From contig CAYWZA010000005.1 of assembly GCA_964462785.1 (NCBI GenBank), forward strand, positions 1-55,220: 55,220 bases of DNA, written 5' to 3'. The notes beneath the pieces were generated by a model. It worked only from the letters and a program-made list of their open reading frames with translations. It was not told the origin of the DNA and ran no database searches. Made by a program: the position numbers and the translations under genes. Each line of letters starts with the position of its first letter. Positions within the stretch are counted from its first letter, which is position 1. The DNA comes from an uncultured Candidatus Saccharibacteria bacterium (GTDB lineage Bacteria > Patescibacteriota > Minisyncoccia > Phycocordibacterales > UBA2100). This document shows positions 9,076 to 17,995 of the stretch, piece after piece.

Positions 9076-10425
9076 ATGACAAAATCAACTACAACGCTCG
9101 AAAATAAAAAACGCTCTGCTTCGGACATCCAGAAACAGGCTGCGAAGAAACATGAAGTAGTTGCCGTTGTGGGGCTTGGATATGTAGGCTTGCCACTTGC
9201 CATTACTGCAGAATCGCGCGGGTACAAGCTCGTCGGATTCGACATAGACGCACAAAAAGTTGAGAAATTGCAAAAGCGTGATGCTCCATTTCTATCAGAA
9301 GCAGAGGAGCGTGCCTTTGCTGAAAGCCGCATGCACATCACCACACGCGAGGAGTCGCTTGCAGAGGCAGACATCATCGTCATATGCGTACCAACTCCCG
9401 TATCAGAAGATGCTCATGTGCCTGATCTCAGCCCACTACGCAACGCATGCGTGCTCGTCGCGCGCAACCTCAAGAAAGGGGCGTTGGTTATCGTGGAGTC
9501 CACAGTTAATCCCGGCGCCTGCGAGAGCGTTGCTATTCCAGTCATTGAATCCGTATCGCAATTCCATGCCGGCAGAGACTTTCTATTCGCCCACTGTCCT
9601 GAGCGCATTAATCCGGGAGATCCACTTTATACCGTGGCAAATATTCCTCGCGTGATTGGCGGCATCGATACCCCGAGCGTCGAGCGCGCCGAGGCATTTT
9701 ATCGCTCGGTTGTTTCTGCAAGCGTCGTACGCATGAGCTCAATCAAAGAAGCCGAAGCGGTGAAGATGGTCGAGAATGCATTTCGTGACATTAATATCGC
9801 GTTTGTAAATGAGCTGGCAATGTCGTTCGACAAAGCGGGTATTGATATTGTGAACGTCATTCGCGGGGCAACAACAAAACCATTTGGCTTCCTTCCCCAC
9901 TATCCCGGCTGTGGCGTCGGCGGCCACTGCATACCCGTCGATCCGTATTACCTGATCTCATACGGCAAGGAGAACGGCTTTACCCATCGATTTCTCATGA
10001 CGGCCCGCGAGATTAACAACAACATGCCACACTACACGCTCAAAATACTTTCGCGCCTACTCCGCGAGCGCGGCAAAAAACTGCGTGGCGCAAAGGTGGC
10101 ATTGCTCGGCTTATCGTACAAGCGTGATATTGGGGATACACGTGAAAGCCCCGCGTTGATTATCCGCGATGAGCTCATGTCTCGTGGTGCATCGCTGCGC
10201 AGTTTTGACCCGCATGTTCCAAAAGAGTCGACCGTTGAGAGCTTGGAGGATGCTTTGAGTGGGGCTGACGCGCTTGTCATAGCAACCGACCACAGCATCT
10301 TTCGATCTATCGTCCCGAGTACGTTGCTTAAGAATGGGGTCGGCGTGGTCGTCGATGGGCGCAATTGTCTACAAAAGGAGTTATTCGTTTCAGAAGGCAT
10401 TAGCTATCACGGTATCGGTCGGTAG
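9076..10425 (+). CDS. Nucleotide-sugar 6-dehydrogenase, WbpA/WecC/TviB type (UDP-N-acetylhexosamine dehydrogenase)
   Basis: GLGYVG, CVPTP, ESTVNPG, PERINPG, KMVENAFRDINIA, GVGGHCIPVDP, YKRDIGDTRESP. Confidence 0.9.
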   Translation: MTKSTTTLENKKRSASDIQKQAAKKHEVVAVVGLGYVGLPLAITAESRGYKLVGFDIDAQKVEKLQKRDAPFLSEAEERAFAESRMHITTREESLAEADIIVICVPTPVSEDAHVPDLSPLRNACVLVARNLKKGALVIVESTVNPGACESVAIPVIESVSQFHAGRDFLFAHCPERINPGDPLYTVANIPRVIGGIDTPSVERAEAFYRSVVSASVVRMSSIKEAEAVKMVENAFRDINIAFVNELAMSFDKAGIDIVNVIRGATTKPFGFLPHYPGCGVGGHCIPVDPYYLISYGKENGFTHRFLMTAREINNNMPHYTLKILSRLLRERGKKLRGAKVALLGLSYKRDIGDTRESPALIIRDELMSRGASLRSFDPHVPKESTVESLEDALSGADALVIATDHSIFRSIVPSTLLKNGVGVVVDGRNCLQKELFVSEGISYHGIGR

Positions 10426-10443
10426 GTAGCATTAATTGGAGCT

Positions 10444-11736
10444 ATGTTCGTATACGCACCACAAAAGTTGGAAGAAATGAGGAAATCGTTCAACGATGCC
10501 GGTGCTGTGTTTTTCTTTTTTTTTGTCCTGTACGTCATATTCGTGCTCAAGGTGATCACGTATAAATCGATCTATGACAGCGTCTTCTTGGGTGTGTACT
10601 CGATGCTCATCACCGTCTACATACTCTCCCGTTTCCTGCTCTCCTACCTACACATGCCAATAGCAATTGATCCGTCGTATGAGCCGACCATCGCATTTGT
10701 CGTGCCGGCAAAAAATGAGGAGGACAATATTTACAAAACTCTGCAGCGCTTTGCGCAGGTAGAATATCCGCGCCACAAAATCGAAGTCATTGCCATCAAC
10801 GACGGCTCAACCGATAACACCTACGCGGAAATGCAGCGCGCGGCAGACGATATCGCACCGGCGATACAGCGCGTCGAGGTAGTCAATTGGACAGAAAATC
10901 GTGGCAAGCGCCATGGCATGGCAGAGGGCGTAAAGCGCGCGCGCAATGACATTGTAATTTTCGTCGACTCAGATAGTTTCATTGAGCCAAATGCGGTACG
11001 GCACCTGGTTAAATACTTCGCCGATCCAGACATTGGCGCAGTGTCCGGTCACACCGACGTGGAAAATCGCACGACAAATCTTTTGACCGAAATGCAGGCT
11101 ATCCGCTACTATATCGCCTTCACGATATATAAAGCTGCAGAGTCCGCATTCGGCATGGTGACCTGCTGCCCGGGGTGCTGCAGCGCGTATCGCCGCACCT
11201 ATCTACTCGAATTTATTGACAAATGGCTGAACCAAACATTCCTCGGGGGAACCTGTACGTTCGGTGACGATAGATCACTCACGAATTTTATCATCCAAAA
11301 GTATCGCGCCGTGTACTCATACGAGGCGCGCGCGACAACCGTCGTACCGGATACGATGGGTAAATATGTCGTCCAGCAGCAACGGTGGAAAAAATCGTGG
11401 ATACGGGAAACATTTATTGCGGCGAGTTTTGTGTGGACGCGAAATCCCGTTGCCGCTGTTTCTTTCTACACATACATGTTTTTGGCATTTGCCTCCCCCA
11501 TTGTTTTCTTCCGCGCCATGGTGTGGCTTCCCGTAACTGATAGTGCGTGGCCGATCATTTATTTGATGGGTTTGTTTCTCATGTTGTTCCTGCATGGGTT
11601 GTATTACCGGATTCGAGTCGGTCAGCGCGCGTGGTTTCTCGCTATCGTAAACTTCTGGCTTAATACCGTTCTCCTGATGTGGCAGTTGCCGTGGGCGCTG
11701 CTCACCATTCGCGACTCGAGGTGGGGTACCCGGTAG
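10444..11736 (+). CDS. Processive membrane GT2, hyaluronan synthase (class I HasA)/NodC-like
   Basis: 2 N-terminal TMs, DGSTD, DSD, FGDDRSLTN, QQQRWKKSWIRE, 3 C-terminal TMs; 430 aa. Confidence 0.85.
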   Translation: MFVYAPQKLEEMRKSFNDAGAVFFFFFVLYVIFVLKVITYKSIYDSVFLGVYSMLITVYILSRFLLSYLHMPIAIDPSYEPTIAFVVPAKNEEDNIYKTLQRFAQVEYPRHKIEVIAINDGSTDNTYAEMQRAADDIAPAIQRVEVVNWTENRGKRHGMAEGVKRARNDIVIFVDSDSFIEPNAVRHLVKYFADPDIGAVSGHTDVENRTTNLLTEMQAIRYYIAFTIYKAAESAFGMVTCCPGCCSAYRRTYLLEFIDKWLNQTFLGGTCTFGDDRSLTNFIIQKYRAVYSYEARATTVVPDTMGKYVVQQQRWKKSWIRETFIAASFVWTRNPVAAVSFYTYMFLAFASPIVFFRAMVWLPVTDSAWPIIYLMGLFLMLFLHGLYYRIRVGQRAWFLAIVNFWLNTVLLMWQLPWALLTIRDSRWGTR

Positions 11737-11746
11737 CAAAATCATT

Positions 11747-13345
11747 ATGCATTACATGGTGTTGACGAAAGGCAAGATGTTGTTTCTCATACTCGTTGCT
11801 CTCATGCTGCTCATCACGGTCACGGCAACATTTGTATATAAAGACTCCCGCTATGGCATCGATAACCTGCCAAACATAGTGAGTCGTGTGGTGCGGCAAC
11901 ACTCTGCCGAACTATATTACCGTGTATCGTTTGCCGCGCGCGACAAGACCGGGTCGTTGCCGGAATATTTTGGTCTCAGTGACCGTGTTATAGACGAAGA
12001 ACGGGATGCGCGTGCGGTGCCTGTCTTGGTATATCACGGCATAGCGGACAAGGGTGGTGATTACACCATCTCACAGGCCACGTTTGCCGAGCACATGTTT
12101 ACACTGCATCAGGCCGGATGGAAAACGATTTCATCCGCAGCATTGGAACAGTTCTTGCGCGGAACCGCTACGGTTCCCGAGCGTTCTTTTTTACTGACGT
12201 TTGATGATGGTGCAAAAAGCAGCTTTTATCCGGTTGATCCGGTTCTGTCTGCGCTTGGTGTGCACGCACTCACATTCATATTGCCAAAGTATTCCCTCAA
12301 TAACGGCACCCATTATTATCTTTCGCTGGGAGAATTAAACTCAATGCTTGCCAACGGACGGTGGGAAATAGGCTCACACAGCCAAGAAGGTCATCAGCTC
12401 TTTCCTGCGGATGCGGCAGGTGCCATGACGCCGGCGCTGGGACGCCCATTGTGGCTACTGAATGAAGAGCGTCTGGAAACCCAACAAGAGTACGAGAAGC
12501 GTATCGAGGCAGATCTGCGGATCTCGCGCCACAATCTAGAGCAGGCACTGGGCATTCCCATCACATCATTTGCGTTCCCTTTCGGAGAATTCGGACAGCT
12601 CAACGACAGCTTCCCTGCGGCGATTACCACAGTCGCGCGTATCGCTGGTGATACATACAAGATGTCTTTTTACCAAGTGCGACGCGGGGAGGGATTTACA
12701 TTTAATTATCCAACACCGGAACAAACGGGAATGCTGCTGGTCAGGAGAATCGAGCCACATCCCGAAACGACAGCACACGAATTACTTGAGCACCTAGAGA
12801 ATGGATTACCGAAAGACATACCGTTTGTTGAAGACTTCTCAGCAGAACAGGGGTGGTTTTCAGTGTGGGGACCATACTCATTTACGCTTGGGCAACTCTC
12901 TCTTGCTGCCTCACCCGAAGAAACAGGGAACGCAGTTATTTTGGACGGAACGCGAGACTGGCGTGACTATACCGTTCGCATGCGTGTGCATTCGCCATCA
13001 CGCACCGGCATCTATCTCTGGGTGCGCTTCCAAGGAAGCGAGCAACATGCCGGATGCAACTTTGGCAACGGCTTCATCCACGTTGAAGAGACGATCCTGG
13101 GGGACGCCCGGGTTATACAAGGGCTGCGGACAGATGACATAATCATTCCGGATGGCGATTTCACCATCGAAGCCCGTGTGCAAGGCAGATCCTTAACATG
13201 CACACTGGATGAACGCGCGAGTGCGACATCGGAATTTTTGAATCCGGCGCTGGATACGGGCGGCATAGGTGTAAAAATCTGGTCCCCGGAATCTGGAAGG
13301 GCGCGTTTGATTATAAAAAACATCCATGTGGATTCCGCACCATGA
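11747..13345 (+). CDS. Membrane-anchored polysaccharide deacetylase (PgaB/IcaB-like CE4) with C-terminal beta-sandwich domain
   Basis: VPVLVYHG, LTFDDG, IGSHSQEGH, FAFPFGE motifs; N-terminal TM. Confidence 0.85.
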   Translation: MHYMVLTKGKMLFLILVALMLLITVTATFVYKDSRYGIDNLPNIVSRVVRQHSAELYYRVSFAARDKTGSLPEYFGLSDRVIDEERDARAVPVLVYHGIADKGGDYTISQATFAEHMFTLHQAGWKTISSAALEQFLRGTATVPERSFLLTFDDGAKSSFYPVDPVLSALGVHALTFILPKYSLNNGTHYYLSLGELNSMLANGRWEIGSHSQEGHQLFPADAAGAMTPALGRPLWLLNEERLETQQEYEKRIEADLRISRHNLEQALGIPITSFAFPFGEFGQLNDSFPAAITTVARIAGDTYKMSFYQVRRGEGFTFNYPTPEQTGMLLVRRIEPHPETTAHELLEHLENGLPKDIPFVEDFSAEQGWFSVWGPYSFTLGQLSLAASPEETGNAVILDGTRDWRDYTVRMRVHSPSRTGIYLWVRFQGSEQHAGCNFGNGFIHVEETILGDARVIQGLRTDDIIIPDGDFTIEARVQGRSLTCTLDERASATSEFLNPALDTGGIGVKIWSPESGRARLIIKNIHVDSAP

Positions 13346-14226
13346 ACATCCGTCATCTACCGGTGACAGTGGTGCGGACTCTGATGGTCTGCACGGTCAT
13401 AGGGTTCTTTGTGTGGATGTTCGGGATGTTGCATGGATTCGTGACTGTTGAAAATACTGCTGCATCATTACCTGCGATACACGAAGAAGGCGAACGCTTC
13501 GTGTACACATTTTCCGTTGACGGAATATTGCAGGAGGCGGAAGAGCGTGACACCACAAGCCCCTATTGGTGGCTCAACTCGGGCGGCATGTTTATCATTG
13601 AAAACGGCATTGGGAAAACAATACAGGGGGCGCTCCCCTCGCTGCACCGTTGGCGGCTTGCGTATGCAGCGGACAATCCGACCGATAGTGACGGCGGATA
13701 CCATCCGCAAAATCTCTTTCGCCTCATTTCACGCAACGAGTGGCTTAACCCGAGCACACGCGTGATGTTTCGTATCGCGCACGATAATCTAAGCGCGAGC
13801 CAAAATCGCAACGAATCGAACGGGATATTTATTATCAGCCGCTATGTCAACGGTGACACTTTGTACTACGCAGGCATTCGCGTAGACGGTTCTGCGGTCA
13901 TTAAGAAAAAATACCGGGGGGTGTATTACACACTGGCGCAAGTACCGGTCTTCTCCGGCCCCTACGATCGTGATACGTCGGCAAATCTTTTGCCCCACAG
14001 CGAATGGCTGGAGATGATAGGCGAAACGAAAACGCAGACGGACAATTCAGTGACAATACGATTGCTTCTCAAGCGCGGAGATGCGGAGCCTGTGCTTCTT
14101 GTTGAGGCAGTTGACGCAAGCGGCATATGGGATGGCACCCCTGTCATAGATGCGCGAGCGCGAATCGGCATACGATCTGATTTTATGGATGTGGAATTTA
14201 CATCCATCGAGGTACACGAATTATAA
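13342..14226 (+). CDS. Exported protein of unknown function, jelly-roll/lectin-like; paralog of 15081-15941
   Basis: N-terminal TM; shares SPYWWxNSG, GYHPQNxFRL, YYAGxRxDG, GIRxDFMDVEF with the paralog; ATGA overlap with deacetylase. Confidence 0.75.
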   Translation: MNIRHLPVTVVRTLMVCTVIGFFVWMFGMLHGFVTVENTAASLPAIHEEGERFVYTFSVDGILQEAEERDTTSPYWWLNSGGMFIIENGIGKTIQGALPSLHRWRLAYAADNPTDSDGGYHPQNLFRLISRNEWLNPSTRVMFRIAHDNLSASQNRNESNGIFIISRYVNGDTLYYAGIRVDGSAVIKKKYRGVYYTLAQVPVFSGPYDRDTSANLLPHSEWLEMIGETKTQTDNSVTIRLLLKRGDAEPVLLVEAVDASGIWDGTPVIDARARIGIRSDFMDVEFTSIEVHEL

Positions 14227-14241
14227 GGTCAGTAGGTATCG

Positions 14242-14259
14242 ATTCATCGCAAATTCATG
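14242..14259 (+). promoter_or_regulatory. Candidate OmpR-family tandem operator
   Basis: attcatc-gcaa-attcatg, 11-bp period, upstream of 14314. Confidence 0.4.
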
Positions 14260-14313
14260 CCACAGCGATAGCATCAACAGCGGGAACATTATCATTATAA
14301 GTATTATTTATAT

Positions 14314-15015
14314 ATGCAAGAACAAACGCATAGCCTCGATAACCGAATTCACACCGTGCTGTTTTATGCACACATAGTGGTGTGTGCGGTCGTAATCAGC
14401 ATCTCTGCTTTCCTATTACTGAAAGCCGAAAGCGCTGATGCGGCGGCGTTTACCCGCAGTCTTGAAATGGGCATGAGCGGCAACGACGTGTCGGCACTCC
14501 AGACATATCTTGCGATGGATCCGAGTATATATCCGGAGGGGCTGGTGACGGGTTATTTCGGATCGCTCACACAAGCCGCTGTCATGCGCTTTCAGGCAAG
14601 CCGCAGCATTGATCAGGCGGGACGCGTTGGTCCAATTACCCGCGCTGCACTGAACGCAATCCCTGCGGTCGCGGCACTGCCCATGGATGGCGCGCTTGGG
14701 ACCGGCGGTTCGGATGATGTATCGGCTCCCATTATGAGCACGTCAACTGTCGTTGCGGCAACAAACACCGCAGTCATATCATGGAATACCAATGAACCGG
14801 CATGGCATCGAGTCATGTATGGGACCATTTGGCCATTCCTCTATGCGACGGCAGCTAAGGCATCCGATGTAGCGTTTGATGCAAACGGATCCGTCTTGCT
14901 CAGCAATCTGCTGCCCAATACACTCTATTATTACGTCCGCGAATCGGAGGACGTAGCGGGCAATGTCATGTGGGATACTGCCGCATCGTTCCGCACAGCA
15001 ACTAACACGCCGTAG
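14314..15015 (+). CDS. Exported peptidoglycan-binding (PG_binding_1-like) protein with FN3-like C-terminal domain
   Basis: LEMGMSGNDVSALQTYL...TGYFGSLTQAAVMRFQ...GRVGPITRAALN; ISWNTNEP...LLPNTLYYY. Confidence 0.82.
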   Translation: MQEQTHSLDNRIHTVLFYAHIVVCAVVISISAFLLLKAESADAAAFTRSLEMGMSGNDVSALQTYLAMDPSIYPEGLVTGYFGSLTQAAVMRFQASRSIDQAGRVGPITRAALNAIPAVAALPMDGALGTGGSDDVSAPIMSTSTVVAATNTAVISWNTNEPAWHRVMYGTIWPFLYATAAKASDVAFDANGSVLLSNLLPNTLYYYVRESEDVAGNVMWDTAASFRTATNTP

Positions 15016-15034
15016 CGTACACACACTCTTGAAA

Positions 15035-15068
15035 GCAAAAAACCACCGCCAACCGGTGGTTTTTTTGC
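15035..15068. terminator. Bidirectional intrinsic terminator
   Basis: aaaaaaccaccg-ccaac-cggtggttttttt between convergent genes. Confidence 0.85.
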
Positions 15069-15080
15069 TGCAATGCAATA

Positions 15081-15941
15081 TTACAGATCACGAACGCGGA
15101 AGTTGTCGAATTCAACGTCCATGAAGTCAGTGCGAATACCCGATGAACCGCTTTTGATAGGAGCACCGCCGGTGCCCGTATCCTTTACGGAGAGAATCGA
15201 TGCGTAGGTGCCGTCGTTCTCTTTATCAAGCAGGAGCTGCAATGACACAGAGCCGTCGGCGTTGTTTTTTGCCTCAAGTTTCATACCCATCCATGTGTTG
15301 ACTGGCAACAGCGATGGATTGCTTGTCCGATTGTATGAGCCCTTGGTGCCGAACGCCTGACCCGATGCAAGCGTGTAGTAAGTGCCTCCAATTTTTTTCT
15401 TAATGGTGGCTCCGCCGTCGCTGCGAACACCGGCATAGTAGAGATTACTTCCATCCTTGTAGCGAGCGAAGAAGAGCACGCCATTGTAGCCGTCGCGGTT
15501 CGGGCTGCTGCTGAAGTTGTTGCGCGTGATCCGGAAACTCATCTCGTGCATCGCACTTCCCCACGTCTGCTTACTGACGAGACGGAAGATGTTTTGCGGA
15601 TGATAGCCGTTATCCGTATCGAGCGGGTTCGTCTGCGCGTACAACTTGCGCCAATAATCGTTTGCGGGGAGTTCCCGCTGGACGGTCATGCCGAGACCAT
15701 CCTTCACAATCAATTTTGCCCCCGAGTTTACCCACCAATATGGACTTGGGCTTTCAGCCATTGACCCCGCTTCTTGGAGTACGCCAGGGACATTGAAGGT
15801 GAACAAATAATGACCGGGCACTGCTGCTGCGGATGCGGGCAGCGGGACCACAATCGCGAATGCGACAAGTGCCGCAATCAGGCCGAGTGTTGATCCTATC
15901 GGAGCCGCAATACGCACGGCGTGTGTAGTAGCTTTTTTCAT
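15081..15941 (-). CDS. Secreted protein of unknown function, jelly-roll/lectin-like; paralog of 13342-14226
   Basis: Signal peptide (...PASA), shared motif blocks, C-terminal VEFDNFRV; start taken at MKKATT. Confidence 0.75.
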   Translation of the reverse strand: MKKATTHAVRIAAPIGSTLGLIAALVAFAIVVPLPASAAAVPGHYLFTFNVPGVLQEAGSMAESPSPYWWVNSGAKLIVKDGLGMTVQRELPANDYWRKLYAQTNPLDTDNGYHPQNIFRLVSKQTWGSAMHEMSFRITRNNFSSSPNRDGYNGVLFFARYKDGSNLYYAGVRSDGGATIKKKIGGTYYTLASGQAFGTKGSYNRTSNPSLLPVNTWMGMKLEAKNNADGSVSLQLLLDKENDGTYASILSVKDTGTGGAPIKSGSSGIRTDFMDVEFDNFRVRDL

Positions 15942-16195
15942 AGCGAATATTTTTAACGAGTAACGGAAGTGGCGCGCACGAAAGCACAACATGAGAACAG
16001 ACCAGTACGTGAAAACATCGTGAACGAAACTTCCGACGGCTCATTATACGGAGTGAGATTGTAAGTCAACGAAATTATGAAGACGATATGTACGCTTCTT
16101 CATGAACAATGCATGTTTTCTTTAAAAATATAGACGCGCATATATGAAGAAAACGCGCTGTGGGATTTTTAAAACCATCTGTCAATGCACAGTAT

Positions 16196-16320
16196 GTGAG
16201 TCTTGTGAACATTGATGCAATGCGAGAAGCGGGCGAGCACCGAACCGAGACGTATTGAATATACGGCGAGGGAGGAGCGAAGCCCGCGACAAAGCAGTGC
16301 GCAATGTTCACAAAACTCAC
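16196..16320. mobile_element. 125-bp MITE/REP-like palindromic element
   Basis: 19-bp terminal IR gtgagtcttgtgaacattg / caatgttcacaaaactcac (1 mismatch) with internal gcgggc/gcccgc and cgtat/atacg stems; no coding capacity. Confidence 0.65.
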
Positions 16321-16394
16321 GTGAAATGTTCAGCATTGCTTCATGCACGTTTGCTTACAATGCGATCAGCATTAAAAAAATAATTTTTACAGGT

Positions 16395-17621
16395 ATGAAC
16401 ACCACAGTGTTGGATCGCGGGATGCGCATGATGATTTTTTTACTGGTATGCATATGCGCACTCGGTGCATATCCAGCCGAAACGCGAGCCCAGGTCAATC
16501 TGGTCCCGAACGGCTCGCTGGAATCCGCTGATAGCTCCGGTGTACTGCCTGTCAGTTGGCGCAAGGGAGGCTATGGAAGCAATACCCGCTCGCTCACCTA
16601 TCCCGTCCCTGGAGTCGGAGGTGGCAAAGCGGTGAAAACCGCCATTACAAGCTATGTAAGCGGCGATGCGAAATGGTTCTTCAATCCGATTTCCCTCTCG
16701 CCGGGCTTGTACACATATTCTGATGACTACATGTCGGACCGGGCGAGTATTGTTACGGTGCAATTTGAGCGCACTGATGGCACGTTTGCATATATCGACA
16801 TTGCAACACTACAGCCATCCGCAACATTCCAATCGATATCTGTTGATTTCAGCGTGCCCGCAAACACCGCAAACGTCACTATCTTTCATCTCATAAAGGG
16901 GGTTGGGTTCGTCACCGTGGATAACGTAGCTGTACGATTTAAGGAATCGCCATCCGGCATATTCAGCACTGGCGCAGTGACATTACGTTTCGATGATGGC
17001 TGGCTCTCCCAATATGAAAACGCGCTGCCAAAACTCAACAGCACGGGACTTAAGGGGACATTCTACATTGTCACGCGCCAAATGGCGGAACAAGGATTTC
17101 CCGGATACATAAACCAAACCCAGCTGCGTAACATATACACTGCAGGCAATGAAATAGCCGCGCATACGCGCACGCATCGCGATTTAACCACACTGAGCTC
17201 GTCCGTACAGCAAAGTGAAATACAGGGATCGCGACAAGATCTGATCGGCTGGAATGTGGGTTCCATTCTTTCGTTTGCCGTTCCATTCGGTTCATATAAT
17301 CAGTCCCTCATCACGATGATACAAAATGCCGGCTTTACCAGCATGGTAACGGCAAACGGGGGTCTAAATCTGGAAACAGCCGATGCCTTCCAGCTTGCGC
17401 GAGTTTCTGCAGACACACGAAATTCTCTGGCGCAACTGAAGCAAGCAGTCGACAGCGCCGCAGCAAACAAACAATGGCTCATCATAACCTTCCATGAAAT
17501 CAATACGAGCGGGAGAACCTACAGCATCACCCCAGCCAATTTCAATGCCATCATCGATTACATCGTCCAAAAAGGCATTCCGGTCGTGACTGTTTCTGAA
17601 GGCGTACAGTTCTTGCGGTAA
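16395..17621 (+). CDS. Secreted polysaccharide deacetylase (NodB/CE4) with N-terminal carbohydrate-binding-module-like domain
   Basis: Signal peptide, NLVPNGSLE CBM-like start, LRFDDGW, AHTRTH, FAVPFG, IITFHE. Confidence 0.85.
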   Translation: MNTTVLDRGMRMMIFLLVCICALGAYPAETRAQVNLVPNGSLESADSSGVLPVSWRKGGYGSNTRSLTYPVPGVGGGKAVKTAITSYVSGDAKWFFNPISLSPGLYTYSDDYMSDRASIVTVQFERTDGTFAYIDIATLQPSATFQSISVDFSVPANTANVTIFHLIKGVGFVTVDNVAVRFKESPSGIFSTGAVTLRFDDGWLSQYENALPKLNSTGLKGTFYIVTRQMAEQGFPGYINQTQLRNIYTAGNEIAAHTRTHRDLTTLSSSVQQSEIQGSRQDLIGWNVGSILSFAVPFGSYNQSLITMIQNAGFTSMVTANGGLNLETADAFQLARVSADTRNSLAQLKQAVDSAAANKQWLIITFHEINTSGRTYSITPANFNAIIDYIVQKGIPVVTVSEGVQFLR

Positions 17622-17995
17622 TCTCGGAAATGTTTTTGAAGCGAGGCAGATGCTGTTCAAGTAAATTCCACATGTGGTGAATGTACTCGAACACACGATT
17701 CACAACAGACTAATTCTCGGGTGTCGTTCATGTGCTTCTTAGACAGTTTCTGACATGTGTCATTCACGTGCGCGTCATGCCAAAACGTAGCGTGCGTGAA
17801 AATTTCACACTAACTCCATTTTTGTCGCATACAGTGCGAGCACACATCGGTCGATATGGAGCGTGTGCTCTATGAGCGTGTCGATTACTACTTTTAGCGC
17901 GGGTGCAGGCCGAAGCTCTTCAATGCGGTTACGCGATCGCGCATGGGGATCACCAATCCTCGTTATCATCAAAATCAAAAAAACAGAATAACTTT

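Noticed and set aside
9076-10425. hasB/ugd (UDP-glucose dehydrogenase) call
   Set aside because: Active-site motifs are WbpA/WecC type, so no symbol was assigned; for the same reason the GT2 is not named hasA.
16212-16394. N-terminal extension of the deacetylase ORF
   Set aside because: It runs through the palindromic element; the signal peptide starts at or after 16395.
17820-17995. Possible riboswitch (e.g. c-di-GMP) upstream of the secreted repeat protein
   Set aside because: A gagcacac/gtgtgctc stem is present, but I could not match a known aptamer consensus.
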